From sequence record KR014248: a DNA stretch of 64,000 nucleotides; one strand, given 5' to 3'. Within the stretch, counting starts at the first letter, position 1. The number at the start of each line of letters is the position of its first letter. Shown one piece after another: positions 55,303-64,000 of this stretch. Source of the stretch: Escherichia phage vB_EcoM_AYO145A. The notes under the pieces were generated by a model. The model did no database searches, had not been told where the DNA came from, and saw nothing but the letters and a program-made list of their open reading frames with translations. A program made the translations under genes and the position numbers.

Positions 55303-55501
55303 ACGCCTTTGGGAAGGTTTGGTTGTTGATGCACCAGCTATTGTGATTGGTATGCTTGTTGTTAACCTATTTACTGATTTTGAACAAGGTTCATTGTTTG
55401 GAGCCATGTTACTATGGGTTATCTTTGAAATATTAGAGATACAGCTAGGCATCACTGAAAAACTAAGAAAACTCGTTTCAAAGTTTTCTAAAAAGATTTA
55501 A
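55295..55501 (+). CDS. small membrane protein
   Basis: ORF track; hydrophobic. Confidence 0.4.
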   Translation: MLKRLWEGLVVDAPAIVIGMLVVNLFTDFEQGSLFGAMLLWVIFEILEIQLGITEKLRKLVSKFSKKI

Positions 55502-55507
55502 AATGAA

Positions 55508-55531
55508 AGGGTCTCTTCGGAGACCTTTTTA
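55508..55531 (+). terminator. rho-independent terminator (GGTCTC-TTCG-GAGACC + TTTTT)
   Basis: Stem, tetraloop, T-run. Confidence 0.6.
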
Positions 55532-55549
55532 GCATGTAAAGGGGCAATA

Positions 55550-57694
55550 ATGAACAAAGTACAGATTATTAAAAAGAATGGCTCACTTGAAGAACCTGAT
55601 ATCAAAAAAGTTTTAGCAGCAGTAACTAAGTCAGCTAACAGGGTTGGGTATAAAGAACTTCCACCAGATGTTACCCAAGCTCTTGAGTCAGCATTTATGA
55701 GGATTCTGGTAAAGTCCACTAAGCAGAATAATTTGCTCATCTCGGTAAATGACATTCACAGTATTGTTGAGGGTGCTTTGGCAGAAGTCAATCACGAGAT
55801 TTACGAGTCTTACTCAACATATAGAAATTACCGTAAAGAGGTTGCTCAAAATTGGGATGAGCTTTACCAAAAGACTAAAGACACACTCTTCTTAGGTGAC
55901 CGTGAAAATGCTAACTTTGACAGCAGTTTAATTTCTACAAAAGGTTCAATTATTCGTGGCTATCTGACTAAAGAAATCTTTAAACAATACCATTTAACAC
56001 CAGAGGAACTCGAAGCCATTGAAAAAGGGTTTATCTACATCCATGACTTAAGAGACCTAATTTTTGGTGGTATCAACTGTTGCCTGTTTGACATCGGTAA
56101 AGTACTGAAAGGTGGCTTTGAAATGTCTGGCATTGAATACTGTGAACCGAAGTCTGTGCTGTCAGCCTTACAGGTTATTGGTGATGTAGTTCTTTCAGCA
56201 ACTGCACAGCAATTTGGTGGATTTACTTTAGCAGAGATTGATAAGGTGCTTGTACCGTATGCTAAGAAGTCTCTACGCTATCATGCTGAGAAAGCAGCAT
56301 CTTACGGTATTCCTAAAGAACATTACCATAACTATGTCATGGAGCAGCTACAGATTGAATTAACTCAAGGCTTCCAGTCACTAGAGATGAAGCTAAATAC
56401 TGTACCTTGTAGCCGTGGTGATTTCGCATTCACAACTTTAACATTTGGTTTACTTGACTCAGATATGTCTAATGAAGACAACCGACTACAATACATGATT
56501 GCAAACACTATTCTTGATGTTCGCATGAATGGACAAGGTAAGAGCAAGAAGCCTGTTGTATTCCCTAAACTGGTTTATATTCATGACCAGAAGAGACACG
56601 ATGAGAATATCTGTCAAGGTCAACTGTACAGTAAAGCTATTGAGTGTTGCTCTAAAGCAATGTATCCAGATTTCTTAAGCGTCTCTGGTCATGGTGCTGT
56701 AGCAGAAGCTTTTGAGCGTTCTGGCAAGGTAATTTCACCGATGGGTTGCAGAGCCTTCTTATCTCCATATCTTAATGAGGATGGGGAAGAGTTCTATGTT
56801 GGTCGTGCTAACATTGGTGCTGTATCTTTGAACTTACCAATGATTTACCAGTATTCTAAAGAGAATGGTTTAGATTTCTGGAAAGAGCTTGATAAGTACC
56901 TAGAGATGATTCGCAGCTTCCACAAGAAACGCTACGAAATGATTGCTAACATGCCAGCAAGTTCTAACCCTCTGGCATTCACACAAGGTGGTCTGTACAA
57001 AGGGACTAAGAAACCTACTGACAAGGTTGGTTGGGATATCGTGAAGTCCTTCACAGCTTCTTTTGGGGTTACTGCGCTTGATGAACTATCTGTTCTTGCT
57101 GAAGGTAAACGACTTCATGAAGTTGGAAGTTCTAGTTTTGCATACGATGTTCTGGCATACATTAACATGAAAACTGAAGAGTTTAAGAATGAAGATGGCT
57201 TCCTGTATGCAGTATATGGCACTCCAGCAGAGTCATTGTGTGGAACTCAGCTAAAACAGTTCAGAGATATGTTTGGCGTTATCAAAGGAGTTTCTGATAA
57301 GGAATATTTTACAAACAGTTTCCATATGAATGTTGCAGCAGATATCTCACCATTTGAGAAGCAGGACTTAGAAGAGCCATTCTTCCATATCTGTAGAGGC
57401 GGCAGAATCCAGTATGTGAGGGTAGCTAACCCAGAAAACTTACCAGCACTTAAAAGTTGTATTACAAGAGGGATGTTGAAAGGTTTTTATCAGGGACTTA
57501 ACTTTGACTTAGCAATCTGTGAGCATTGTGGTAACAGACCAAAGGCTGATGTTGAAGAATGTGAGGTTTGCCATTCACATGATATTTCTGTGATTAACAG
57601 GGTGTGTGGTTATCTTGGATGGACTAAGATTAAAGGCGAATCCCGAATGAACGATGCAAAAATTGCTGAGATTCGTGACAGAATCTCTATGTAA
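55550..57694 (+). CDS. nrdD: anaerobic ribonucleoside-triphosphate reductase
   Basis: ATP-cone N-terminus; C-terminal Cys cluster and glycyl-radical motif RVCGYLG. Confidence 0.85.
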   Translation: MNKVQIIKKNGSLEEPDIKKVLAAVTKSANRVGYKELPPDVTQALESAFMRILVKSTKQNNLLISVNDIHSIVEGALAEVNHEIYESYSTYRNYRKEVAQNWDELYQKTKDTLFLGDRENANFDSSLISTKGSIIRGYLTKEIFKQYHLTPEELEAIEKGFIYIHDLRDLIFGGINCCLFDIGKVLKGGFEMSGIEYCEPKSVLSALQVIGDVVLSATAQQFGGFTLAEIDKVLVPYAKKSLRYHAEKAASYGIPKEHYHNYVMEQLQIELTQGFQSLEMKLNTVPCSRGDFAFTTLTFGLLDSDMSNEDNRLQYMIANTILDVRMNGQGKSKKPVVFPKLVYIHDQKRHDENICQGQLYSKAIECCSKAMYPDFLSVSGHGAVAEAFERSGKVISPMGCRAFLSPYLNEDGEEFYVGRANIGAVSLNLPMIYQYSKENGLDFWKELDKYLEMIRSFHKKRYEMIANMPASSNPLAFTQGGLYKGTKKPTDKVGWDIVKSFTASFGVTALDELSVLAEGKRLHEVGSSSFAYDVLAYINMKTEEFKNEDGFLYAVYGTPAESLCGTQLKQFRDMFGVIKGVSDKEYFTNSFHMNVAADISPFEKQDLEEPFFHICRGGRIQYVRVANPENLPALKSCITRGMLKGFYQGLNFDLAICEHCGNRPKADVEECEVCHSHDISVINRVCGYLGWTKIKGESRMNDAKIAEIRDRISM

Positions 57695-57697
57695 AAC

Positions 57698-57727
57698 TTG
57701 ACAAGGTGATGTGGGTCTTGATAGGCT
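57698..57727 (+). promoter_or_regulatory. sigma70-like promoter with CTTGACAAGGTG box (TTGACA 57698-57703, TAGGCT 57722-57727)
   Basis: Same 12-mer as at 838 and 42440. Confidence 0.4.
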
Positions 57728-57848
57728 TACATCACCTTTTTTATTGGATGTTAGACATGGCAGAGAGTATTATTGGGTTGTTCATAGGTTCTGTCTTACT
57801 AGGGTTCTTTTTAGGACTCTCTTATTGTGAGTTGAGAGATAAGTTAAA

Positions 57849-58049
57849 ATGTTTAAAATACCAAAAACGTTGATATACATACTCCATATTCTAATCTTCT
57901 TTTTTGGAGTTAGTGTTATGGTATGGGGTTTTTCAGACCCACAATGGAGTTTCGCATATCATGGTCAGATGGATTTATGGGCATGCTTCAAACCATTTTT
58001 AGGGTTAGCTATAGCATTCAGTGCATTACCAACTAAGGTGAAATTATGA
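57849..58049 (+). CDS. small membrane protein
   Basis: ORF track; hydrophobic. Confidence 0.4.
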   Translation: MFKIPKTLIYILHILIFFFGVSVMVWGFSDPQWSFAYHGQMDLWACFKPFLGLAIAFSALPTKVKL

Positions 58050-58441
58050 TTAAGTTGAACAAAAAACAGTTAGAGTGGATTAAAGATTACGCCTCAGAGT
58101 GTGGCTCTTGCGAAAAGAATCACGTAAGATACTCAACATTCCATACGGTCTTCACATTGTACATAGGTGACAACGTTCTAAGTGATTCCGTAGAAGATGG
58201 TGTAGCGTTGCCTAATGAATTGCTTGACAAATTAGCTATAGTCACTGGAACTTGGTCTGAAGAAGACGGTCATGAATTATTTGACAATGTTGTCTTCTAC
58301 ACCATTGAAAATATTATGAATCCAGAGTACATTATGCTAATGACGTGTGCACAAGACTGTGTGCCATTACAAAACTTCATTAAAGAGCACTGTGAAGAAT
58401 TTATTACTAAACAAGTTCCTTGTCAGGTGGTATTTGAATGA
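58046..58441 (+). CDS. hypothetical Cys-containing protein
   Basis: ORF track. Confidence 0.45.
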   Translation: MIKLNKKQLEWIKDYASECGSCEKNHVRYSTFHTVFTLYIGDNVLSDSVEDGVALPNELLDKLAIVTGTWSEEDGHELFDNVVFYTIENIMNPEYIMLMTCAQDCVPLQNFIKEHCEEFITKQVPCQVVFE

Positions 58442-58476
58442 GTAAAACAATTAAATAATATTGGTGAGGTAACGAG

Positions 58477-58962
58477 ATGAATTACATGGAGATTCGACCA
58501 TTTGACACAGCTAATGGTGAAGGGGTTCGGATAAGCCTCTTCGTAGCTGGCTGTAAACATCACTGTGAAGGCTGCTTTAACAGGGAGTCTTGGAAGTTTA
58601 ATGCTGGTAAAGAGTTTACTTATGCAAACCTCTACGGCATCATTAAATTAATGGATGATGAGGCCATCAGTGGGTTGTCAATACTTGGTGGAGAGCCTCT
58701 TGATGACAGAAACATTCAAGAAGTCACCAACATATGTAAACGTATTAAAACTGTTTACCCAGAAAAATCTATATGGCTTTGGACAGGTTTTCAGTTACAC
58801 GAAAAAATCCACCTCGATGTGATGAAATATGTTGACGTGGTGATTGATGGTAAGTATGATTCTTCTAAACCAACAGTTAAACCATATCGTGGTTCTGATA
58901 ACCAAAACCTCTGGAGAAAAGAGTATGGTTGGCAAGGCGACTGTCAATGGCGAGCAGAGTAG
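58477..58962 (+). CDS. nrdG: anaerobic ribonucleotide reductase activating protein (radical SAM)
   Basis: Cys motif CKHHCEGC near N-terminus, about 160 aa. Confidence 0.8.
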   Translation: MNYMEIRPFDTANGEGVRISLFVAGCKHHCEGCFNRESWKFNAGKEFTYANLYGIIKLMDDEAISGLSILGGEPLDDRNIQEVTNICKRIKTVYPEKSIWLWTGFQLHEKIHLDVMKYVDVVIDGKYDSSKPTVKPYRGSDNQNLWRKEYGWQGDCQWRAE

Positions 58963-59194
58963 TATAGCAGGGTTATACACATACAACAGTGAGTTATTAG
59001 ATGAGTGGACTAAGTTTACATCTGATAACCACGGGAAGGATGGTTTAGAATCTCTTGCTTGTATAGTTGGAGCAGGTGTATTTCTAGTCTTAGATGAAAA
59101 GTTTGGAGAGTACTACAAAACAAACCTCTTTTGTGGAATGTGGAGGGTCGGTATTACTCCAGAAGAGTTAATCAACTTCTGTATAAAAGTTTGA
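58925..59194 (+). CDS. hypothetical protein
   Basis: First ATG in ORF-track frame 58844-59194 that is compatible with nrdG; start uncertain. Confidence 0.3.
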   Translation: MVGKATVNGEQSSIAGLYTYNSELLDEWTKFTSDNHGKDGLESLACIVGAGVFLVLDEKFGEYYKTNLFCGMWRVGITPEELINFCIKV

Positions 59195-59205
59195 GAGATA
59201 GTGAA

Positions 59206-59463
59206 ATGGGAATCTGGAACAGTTTTAAATCAAAAGTAAAAGCAGCATTGGCATCATTAGGTATGCTCACTGGTGTTGATGTGACCCATCTTATGCAAAA
59301 CTTCAAGATGGATGAGAATCTGGCTAATGAGATTATGAAAAGCATCTACGTAGGTCGTGGTAAAGGTGGTAAGAAACAAGCACATCGACCAACTGGTGCA
59401 GCAGCAATTAAACGTGCAGCTAAAAAAGCTCGTAACCGTAAACGTAACAAGAAGGCTAAATAA
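59206..59463 (+). CDS. hypothetical basic protein
   Basis: Start at ATG 59206 (MGIWNSF...) within ORF-track frame 59131-59463. Confidence 0.4.
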   Translation: MGIWNSFKSKVKAALASLGMLTGVDVTHLMQNFKMDENLANEIMKSIYVGRGKGGKKQAHRPTGAAAIKRAAKKARNRKRNKKAK

Positions 59464-59465
59464 TC

Positions 59466-59786
59466 ATGAGCAAAGTTTATAACACTCGTAAATTACAGAT
59501 TTTCGTACTGTGCCAATTTATGGCTAAAGAGTATAACTACTACTATTGTGGTACAGGGTTCATTAGTGACAATGATGGTTCATACCTACCATTCAAAGAG
59601 GCTGTAAAACTCTTCAATGAAGAGAAAAGCTCTAAGAAAGATATTGAAAAGGTCAAGCTAACCTACAGCAAGAAAGATAAGAAGATTATCTGCCTAGATA
59701 ACTTTGTAAAAGTTACTGGAGAAGCAAAAGAGTTTATGGATGAGAGTGAAATCTCATTCACAAGCATCTTGAAAGTAGCTCAGTAA
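59466..59786 (+). CDS. hypothetical protein
   Basis: ORF track. Confidence 0.45.
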   Translation: MSKVYNTRKLQIFVLCQFMAKEYNYYYCGTGFISDNDGSYLPFKEAVKLFNEEKSSKKDIEKVKLTYSKKDKKIICLDNFVKVTGEAKEFMDESEISFTSILKVAQ

Positions 59787-59797
59787 ACAGATACTAT

Positions 59798-59827
59798 AAG
59801 GGGACTGTAAAGGTTCCCTTTTTTTAT
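59798..59827 (+). terminator. rho-independent terminator
   Basis: Imperfect hairpin followed by T8 run. Confidence 0.45.
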
Positions 59828-59839
59828 TTTGGAGATAAT

Positions 59840-60355
59840 ATGTATCTGTCAAATCTGAAACGTTCTGCTGCAATGTCTGTCCTAAGACTGAGCTTTGAGG
59901 AACGTCAAGAGTTCATTGACTCCCACCAATATGACCCTTCTAACTCTAATCACATGATTCTCTGGAATCGTGATAGTACTCGTGAAAGAGCACTATTCCG
60001 CTATTACCCACATTACACCATAGATAACCTGTATGAATGTTTTGTTGTGAAGAACACCATTACAGTACTCAATAAACTTTGCAGATATACAGGTAGTCAA
60101 TCCTTCACATTAGGCCACCACAAACCTGTTACAAAGGGTGGTGAGCACCACTGTGCAAACTGGTTTATCCAGACTAAACTTGATAACCAGAAGCAAGGGG
60201 ATAATCTTTTAAGCACCCCTAAGATGACCTATGAAGAGCAAGAGAAATATATCAAAAATAATATGCCAGATGTGCTTGACAACAACTATACAGATTTGGC
60301 AATATCTCTCCTGTTGAAGTTCGAGACAGTTTATAGGGCAACTTACAATGGCTAA
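59840..60355 (+). CDS. hypothetical protein
   Basis: ORF track. Confidence 0.5.
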   Translation: MYLSNLKRSAAMSVLRLSFEERQEFIDSHQYDPSNSNHMILWNRDSTRERALFRYYPHYTIDNLYECFVVKNTITVLNKLCRYTGSQSFTLGHHKPVTKGGEHHCANWFIQTKLDNQKQGDNLLSTPKMTYEEQEKYIKNNMPDVLDNNYTDLAISLLLKFETVYRATYNG

Positions 60356-60626
60356 AGAGAAGTGGGAGATTCTACCATTAGTGAGTGAAGGTGGTAACGG
60401 CTGTGAGATGTACATGATACGTGGTCATGTCCCAGAACCAATTGCACTTGAGATGGTAAACAATTTTACAGATGGCTCTTACAAAGATTTAGGAGAGCCA
60501 ACTATAAAGCATCAATGGGTCAAACCTGTACCAGACAGCACAGGTAACTGTAGTGTACTTTATCACGTTGTAGACCCTGCAAAATGCAAATCTGCAATGG
60601 CAGTAACAAACATAACCTTTGATTGA
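60348..60626 (+). CDS. hypothetical protein
   Basis: ORF track. Confidence 0.45.
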   Translation: MAKEKWEILPLVSEGGNGCEMYMIRGHVPEPIALEMVNNFTDGSYKDLGEPTIKHQWVKPVPDSTGNCSVLYHVVDPAKCKSAMAVTNITFD

Positions 60627-60639
60627 GAGAGAGAAAACT

Positions 60640-61521
60640 ATGAAAACTGTTATTGAAGTCGTTGTCACCGCACAAGAGAAATTCTTCCACACAGAAAAAT
60701 TTAATATCATCCAATTCCCATCTGGAGAAATTGGTGGAAACTTCTCTGAAGATTTTGTTAAGTTTACTGAGCGTAATGCTGGTAAGATTGACAATGTTAT
60801 ACTTACTGTGCAGGGATATGATAAAGATACACTGTTTGCATTAGCTTTGGCTAAGGATGCCGTTGACAGCCTTGTTCCATATAAATCAGCGATGAAAACC
60901 GTTGTTTTCGGGTTCTTACCGAATGCTCGATATGACCGCCATATGTTCAAAGGCGATTCAGCAGCACTAAAAGCTTTTGCCAACCTCGTTAATGCAATGG
61001 GCTTTGATGCAGTATGTGCTCTTGACCCTCACAGTAATGTTGCAGAAAACTTATTTAAGTGCTTCCAAAGCATGAAGCAAAAAGATGTGGCAGTACACTT
61101 TGCAAGTGACCCACGCATTGATTTCTTGGTAGCCCCAGATGCAGGTGCAGCTAAGAAGACTGAAGAGACTGCTAAAGAGGTGGATAAACCATACATCACA
61201 ATGTCTAAAGTACGTAACCTTAAGACTGGTGAAATTACTGGTATGCGAATCCTTGATGATGTTGATTTGACCGATAAAACTGTCATGATTCTCGATGATA
61301 TCTGTGATGGTGGTCGAACCTTCATAGAAGCAGCTAAACATCTTCGTGAAGCAGGTGCAAAACGTGTGGAACTCTATGTAACTCATGGCATTTTCTCTAA
61401 AGGTGTTGAAAACTTACTTGACAATGGTATTGACCATATCTACACTACAAACTCTTTAGGGGAAGCTAAAGACCGTGGCTTAACACATTATGCCCAAGTT
61501 ACTGTAATTACCATTGATTGA
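60640..61521 (+). CDS. prs: ribose-phosphate pyrophosphokinase-like phosphoribosyltransferase
   Basis: PRPP-binding motif MILDDICDGGRT; start at ATG 60640 (MKTVIEVVV) after upstream stop at 60626. Confidence 0.6.
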   Translation: MKTVIEVVVTAQEKFFHTEKFNIIQFPSGEIGGNFSEDFVKFTERNAGKIDNVILTVQGYDKDTLFALALAKDAVDSLVPYKSAMKTVVFGFLPNARYDRHMFKGDSAALKAFANLVNAMGFDAVCALDPHSNVAENLFKCFQSMKQKDVAVHFASDPRIDFLVAPDAGAAKKTEETAKEVDKPYITMSKVRNLKTGEITGMRILDDVDLTDKTVMILDDICDGGRTFIEAAKHLREAGAKRVELYVTHGIFSKGVENLLDNGIDHIYTTNSLGEAKDRGLTHYAQVTVITID

Positions 61522-61530
61522 AACTTTATA

Positions 61531-61552
61531 GGGGGCTTCAAAGCCCCATTTT
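61531..61552 (+). terminator. hairpin (GGGGCTT...AAGCCCC) between prs-like and NAMPT genes
   Basis: Stem read from sequence; weak T tract. Confidence 0.35.
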
Positions 61553-61568
61553 GAGAGAGATTAAAAAG

Positions 61569-63350
61569 ATGACTAAATCACTTTATGCAGTACCAGCAGG
61601 TTTAAACGCGGATGCTTACAAATCTGGCCATATTTATCAGTATCCTAGTGCAACAGAGTACCTAATGTTCAACCTGACACCACGTAGTGATAAATGGTTT
61701 AACAGCCCTTTAGCAATTGACGGTGTAGTTGCTTTTGGTATTCAACGTTTTGTTAAAGATTACCTGATAGACCACTGGAACGCCACCTTCTTCGAACGTG
61801 ACAAAAAAGAAGCAATTGATGAAATCTTAGAAGTCATGAACGGCGTTCTGGGTAAAGATGCTATTGGTCGAGAACATTGGGAAGCACTCCACGACTTAGG
61901 TTATCTACCAGTTGAAGTCTACGCTGTAGAAGAAGGTACAGTTGTCCCTATGCGTGTGCCAATGATTGTCTTCCAGAACACTGTTTCAGGTTTCCATTGG
62001 GTAGCGGGGTATCTGGAAGATGCTTTCTCTGCTGAGATTTGGAAGGCTTGTACCATTGCAACTATTGCATTGCACTACAAACGTATCTGTAAGAAGTGGG
62101 CTGACCTTACTTGTGACAACGACTTGCATTTACCTTATCAGTGCCATGACTTTGCTATGCGTGGTATGTCTGGCTTTACTGATGACGCATTTAACGCTGT
62201 AGGTCACTTAACCAGCTTTAAAGGAACTGACAGCTTCCCTGCTGTGTATACAGCTAAACGCATCTATGGACAGTCCTACCCAATCTCTGATATTGGTAGT
62301 TCTGTGCCAGCCACTGAACACTCTGTAATGTGTGCAAACATTGCTTGGGAAGGTGGTAATGAGTTAATTGAAGATGAAAGACGTTTTAAAGGTGAGTTAC
62401 AAACCTTCCGTCGCTTCTTAACAGAAACTTACCCAACTGGTATTGCAAGTGTTGTTTCAGATACTTATAATTTCTGGAGAACTGTATCAGTCATATTGCC
62501 AGAACTCCGTAAAGAGATTATGGAACGAAATGGCAAACTGGTAATTCGTCCTGATTCTGGAGACCCTGTACATATTGTCACAGGATACAAAGCAATCCAT
62601 CTAGAGTGTGCTAAAAAGGCTTATTACGAACACTTAAGCAAGCTGGAAGCCAGCGACACAATGTTGAATGCTGTTCTGAACATGAAGCTTGAAAACATCA
62701 ATTATGGTATTGCTGGATGGCTACTGTCAGAAGGCTACGAAATGGTTGTTGACAGAGAAGACTTTGAAGTTGCTGATACAGTGCTGTTGAAAAACGCTTA
62801 TATGGTTGGTTCTGCAAACGTTGTAACACGTCCTGTAGCGGAGATTGATGGAGCTATCAAGACACTGTATAACATCTTTGGGGGAACTATCAACTCTAAA
62901 GGCTTTAAAGTACTGGATGAGCATATTGGGCTTATTTATGGCGACTCTATCACGTTGGAACGTGCAAACGAAATACTGAAGCGTTTGTATGAAATGGGTT
63001 TTGCAAGCTCTAACGTAGTGTTTGGTGTAGGTTCTTACACTTACCAGTACATGACTCGTGACACCTTTGCATTTGCTGTCAAAGCAACTCTTGCAAGCAT
63101 TGGTGGTAAAGAGATTATGCTTGCAAAAGACCCTAAAACAGATAGTGGTGTTAAGAAGTCTGCTTTTGGTGGTGTAGCACCCATGTGGGATGGTGAGAAT
63201 CTGAAAGCTGTAGATGGCTATGGGTTCCAGAGCTTTGCAGATGCACTTGAACATCCAGCTTGTGCTTTACGTTTAGTCTTTAGCGACTCTGAGCAGTTCG
63301 GCTACACAACTCTTGGTGATATTCGAAATAATATTGACAAGCAGCTTTAA
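61569..63350 (+). CDS. nadV: nicotinamide phosphoribosyltransferase (NAMPT/NadV)
   Basis: Matches recalled NAMPT motifs (ADAYK, HDFAMRG, SVPATEHSV, VVSDTYNFW, IRPDSGDP); start at ATG 61569 because ORF-track start 61518 overlaps hairpin. Confidence 0.85.
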   Translation: MTKSLYAVPAGLNADAYKSGHIYQYPSATEYLMFNLTPRSDKWFNSPLAIDGVVAFGIQRFVKDYLIDHWNATFFERDKKEAIDEILEVMNGVLGKDAIGREHWEALHDLGYLPVEVYAVEEGTVVPMRVPMIVFQNTVSGFHWVAGYLEDAFSAEIWKACTIATIALHYKRICKKWADLTCDNDLHLPYQCHDFAMRGMSGFTDDAFNAVGHLTSFKGTDSFPAVYTAKRIYGQSYPISDIGSSVPATEHSVMCANIAWEGGNELIEDERRFKGELQTFRRFLTETYPTGIASVVSDTYNFWRTVSVILPELRKEIMERNGKLVIRPDSGDPVHIVTGYKAIHLECAKKAYYEHLSKLEASDTMLNAVLNMKLENINYGIAGWLLSEGYEMVVDREDFEVADTVLLKNAYMVGSANVVTRPVAEIDGAIKTLYNIFGGTINSKGFKVLDEHIGLIYGDSITLERANEILKRLYEMGFASSNVVFGVGSYTYQYMTRDTFAFAVKATLASIGGKEIMLAKDPKTDSGVKKSAFGGVAPMWDGENLKAVDGYGFQSFADALEHPACALRLVFSDSEQFGYTTLGDIRNNIDKQL

Positions 63351-63363
63351 AAGTATATGATAA

Positions 63364-63388
63364 GAGGCTCCTACGGGAGCCTTTTTAA
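63364..63388 (+). terminator. rho-independent terminator (AGGCTCC-TACG-GGAGCCT + TTTTT)
   Basis: Perfect stem, tetraloop, T-run. Confidence 0.65.
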
Positions 63389-63403
63389 TTTCTGGAGAAT
63401 GCT

Positions 63404-63739
63404 ATGAAAATCAAAGAAATGAACATCAATATTGTCTTAGAAGAACGTTGGGAGAACATCAAGAAGCTTGAAGATGGTCATAAGTTCCTCAACAAAATTT
63501 TAGTAGCAGCTAAAGAAGAACTGACTGGCAAGGTTGCAGCAGCAATCACAATAAAGGTTTGTGTAAAAGGTCTTCCACAACATCACCAGTTTGCACTTGA
63601 CGAGTTTAAAGAAAGCTTCTACAATCCAAACAAACAGATGCTTGAAAGTAACTTTGCAGTATCTACAAGTATCGTTCATGACAGAAGCTTTATCCTTTAC
63701 AAAAATATGAGAGGTGAGTCATGCAAGCATATTGGATAG
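63404..63739 (+). CDS. hypothetical protein
   Basis: ORF track. Confidence 0.5.
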   Translation: MKIKEMNINIVLEERWENIKKLEDGHKFLNKILVAAKEELTGKVAAAITIKVCVKGLPQHHQFALDEFKESFYNPNKQMLESNFAVSTSIVHDRSFILYKNMRGESCKHIG

Positions 63740-63897
63740 AAATTTTACTGTCACTTGGTAGTGTAGCAGTATTTGTTTACCTTCTTTGCAAGTACTATGC
63801 AGAACACAAAAAATGTGACTTCTGTAATGGAGAGGGTTATACAAGAGCAGGTTGCTGCCCTATGTGTGGTGGTTCTGGTAAAATGTTTAATAAGTAA
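63721..63897 (+). CDS. small membrane zinc-ribbon protein (58 aa)
   Basis: Manual: ATG 63721 after GAGGTGAG RBS; hydrophobic N-terminus then CDFCNGEGY...CPMCGG; below ORF-track size cutoff. Confidence 0.45.
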   Translation: MQAYWIEILLSLGSVAVFVYLLCKYYAEHKKCDFCNGEGYTRAGCCPMCGGSGKMFNK

Positions 63898-63925
63898 TTT
63901 AACAGTAAACTAAGAGGAAAGTATT

Positions 63926-64000
63926 ATGCGCATGGTAAACGACCACGCAGAAGTGATTAAGAGTTCAACTTCTTTAGAGACGTCTCAAGCACAGATTACA
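63926..64000 (+). CDS. hypothetical protein, N-terminal part only (continues past window end)
   Basis: ATG 63926 after AAGAGGAAAG RBS; open to window edge. Confidence 0.4.
   Translation, partial: MRMVNDHAEVIKSSTSLETSQAQIT

Noticed and set aside
61518-61568. ORF-track start at 61518 for NAMPT
   Set aside because: Overlaps the upstream gene stop and a hairpin; homology to NAMPT begins at the ATG at 61569.

Overview
This window reads as a segment of a large lytic tailed phage (myovirus-like, gene content reminiscent of Felix O1-type phages; that attribution is inference from gene content, no search was run). Left to right: the 5' end of a minus-strand gene and a divergent promoter region; a short plus-strand early region with sigma70-like promoters that includes a Ro60/Rsr-like TROVE-vWA protein (1429-2844); a dense array of about 27 tRNA and tRNA-like genes (3010-7955) interspersed with a family of conserved stem-closed RNA-like elements and two embedded ORFs; the complete plus-strand morphogenesis module (large terminase, portal, protease-scaffold, capsid, sheath, tube, tape measure, baseplate, two His-box tail fibres; 8178-31253); a minus-strand block with thymidylate synthase, DHFR, small unknown genes, ATP-dependent DNA ligase and family A DNA polymerase (31935-42368); and a plus-strand replication and nucleotide-metabolism block (dNMP kinase, primase-helicase, SSB-like, FEN-like exonuclease, GIY-YIG-like ORF, aerobic NrdAB plus glutaredoxin, anaerobic NrdDG, Prs-like PRTase, NAMPT). 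The most interesting signal is the combination of the Ro60-like gene with a tRNA-mimic element inside the tRNA array that has the architecture of a bacterial Y RNA (YrlA-type), plus three shorter elements sharing its closing helix. All coordinates and structures were derived by eye from the sequence; tRNA identities and product calls need confirmation with tRNAscan-SE/ARAGORN and profile searches.
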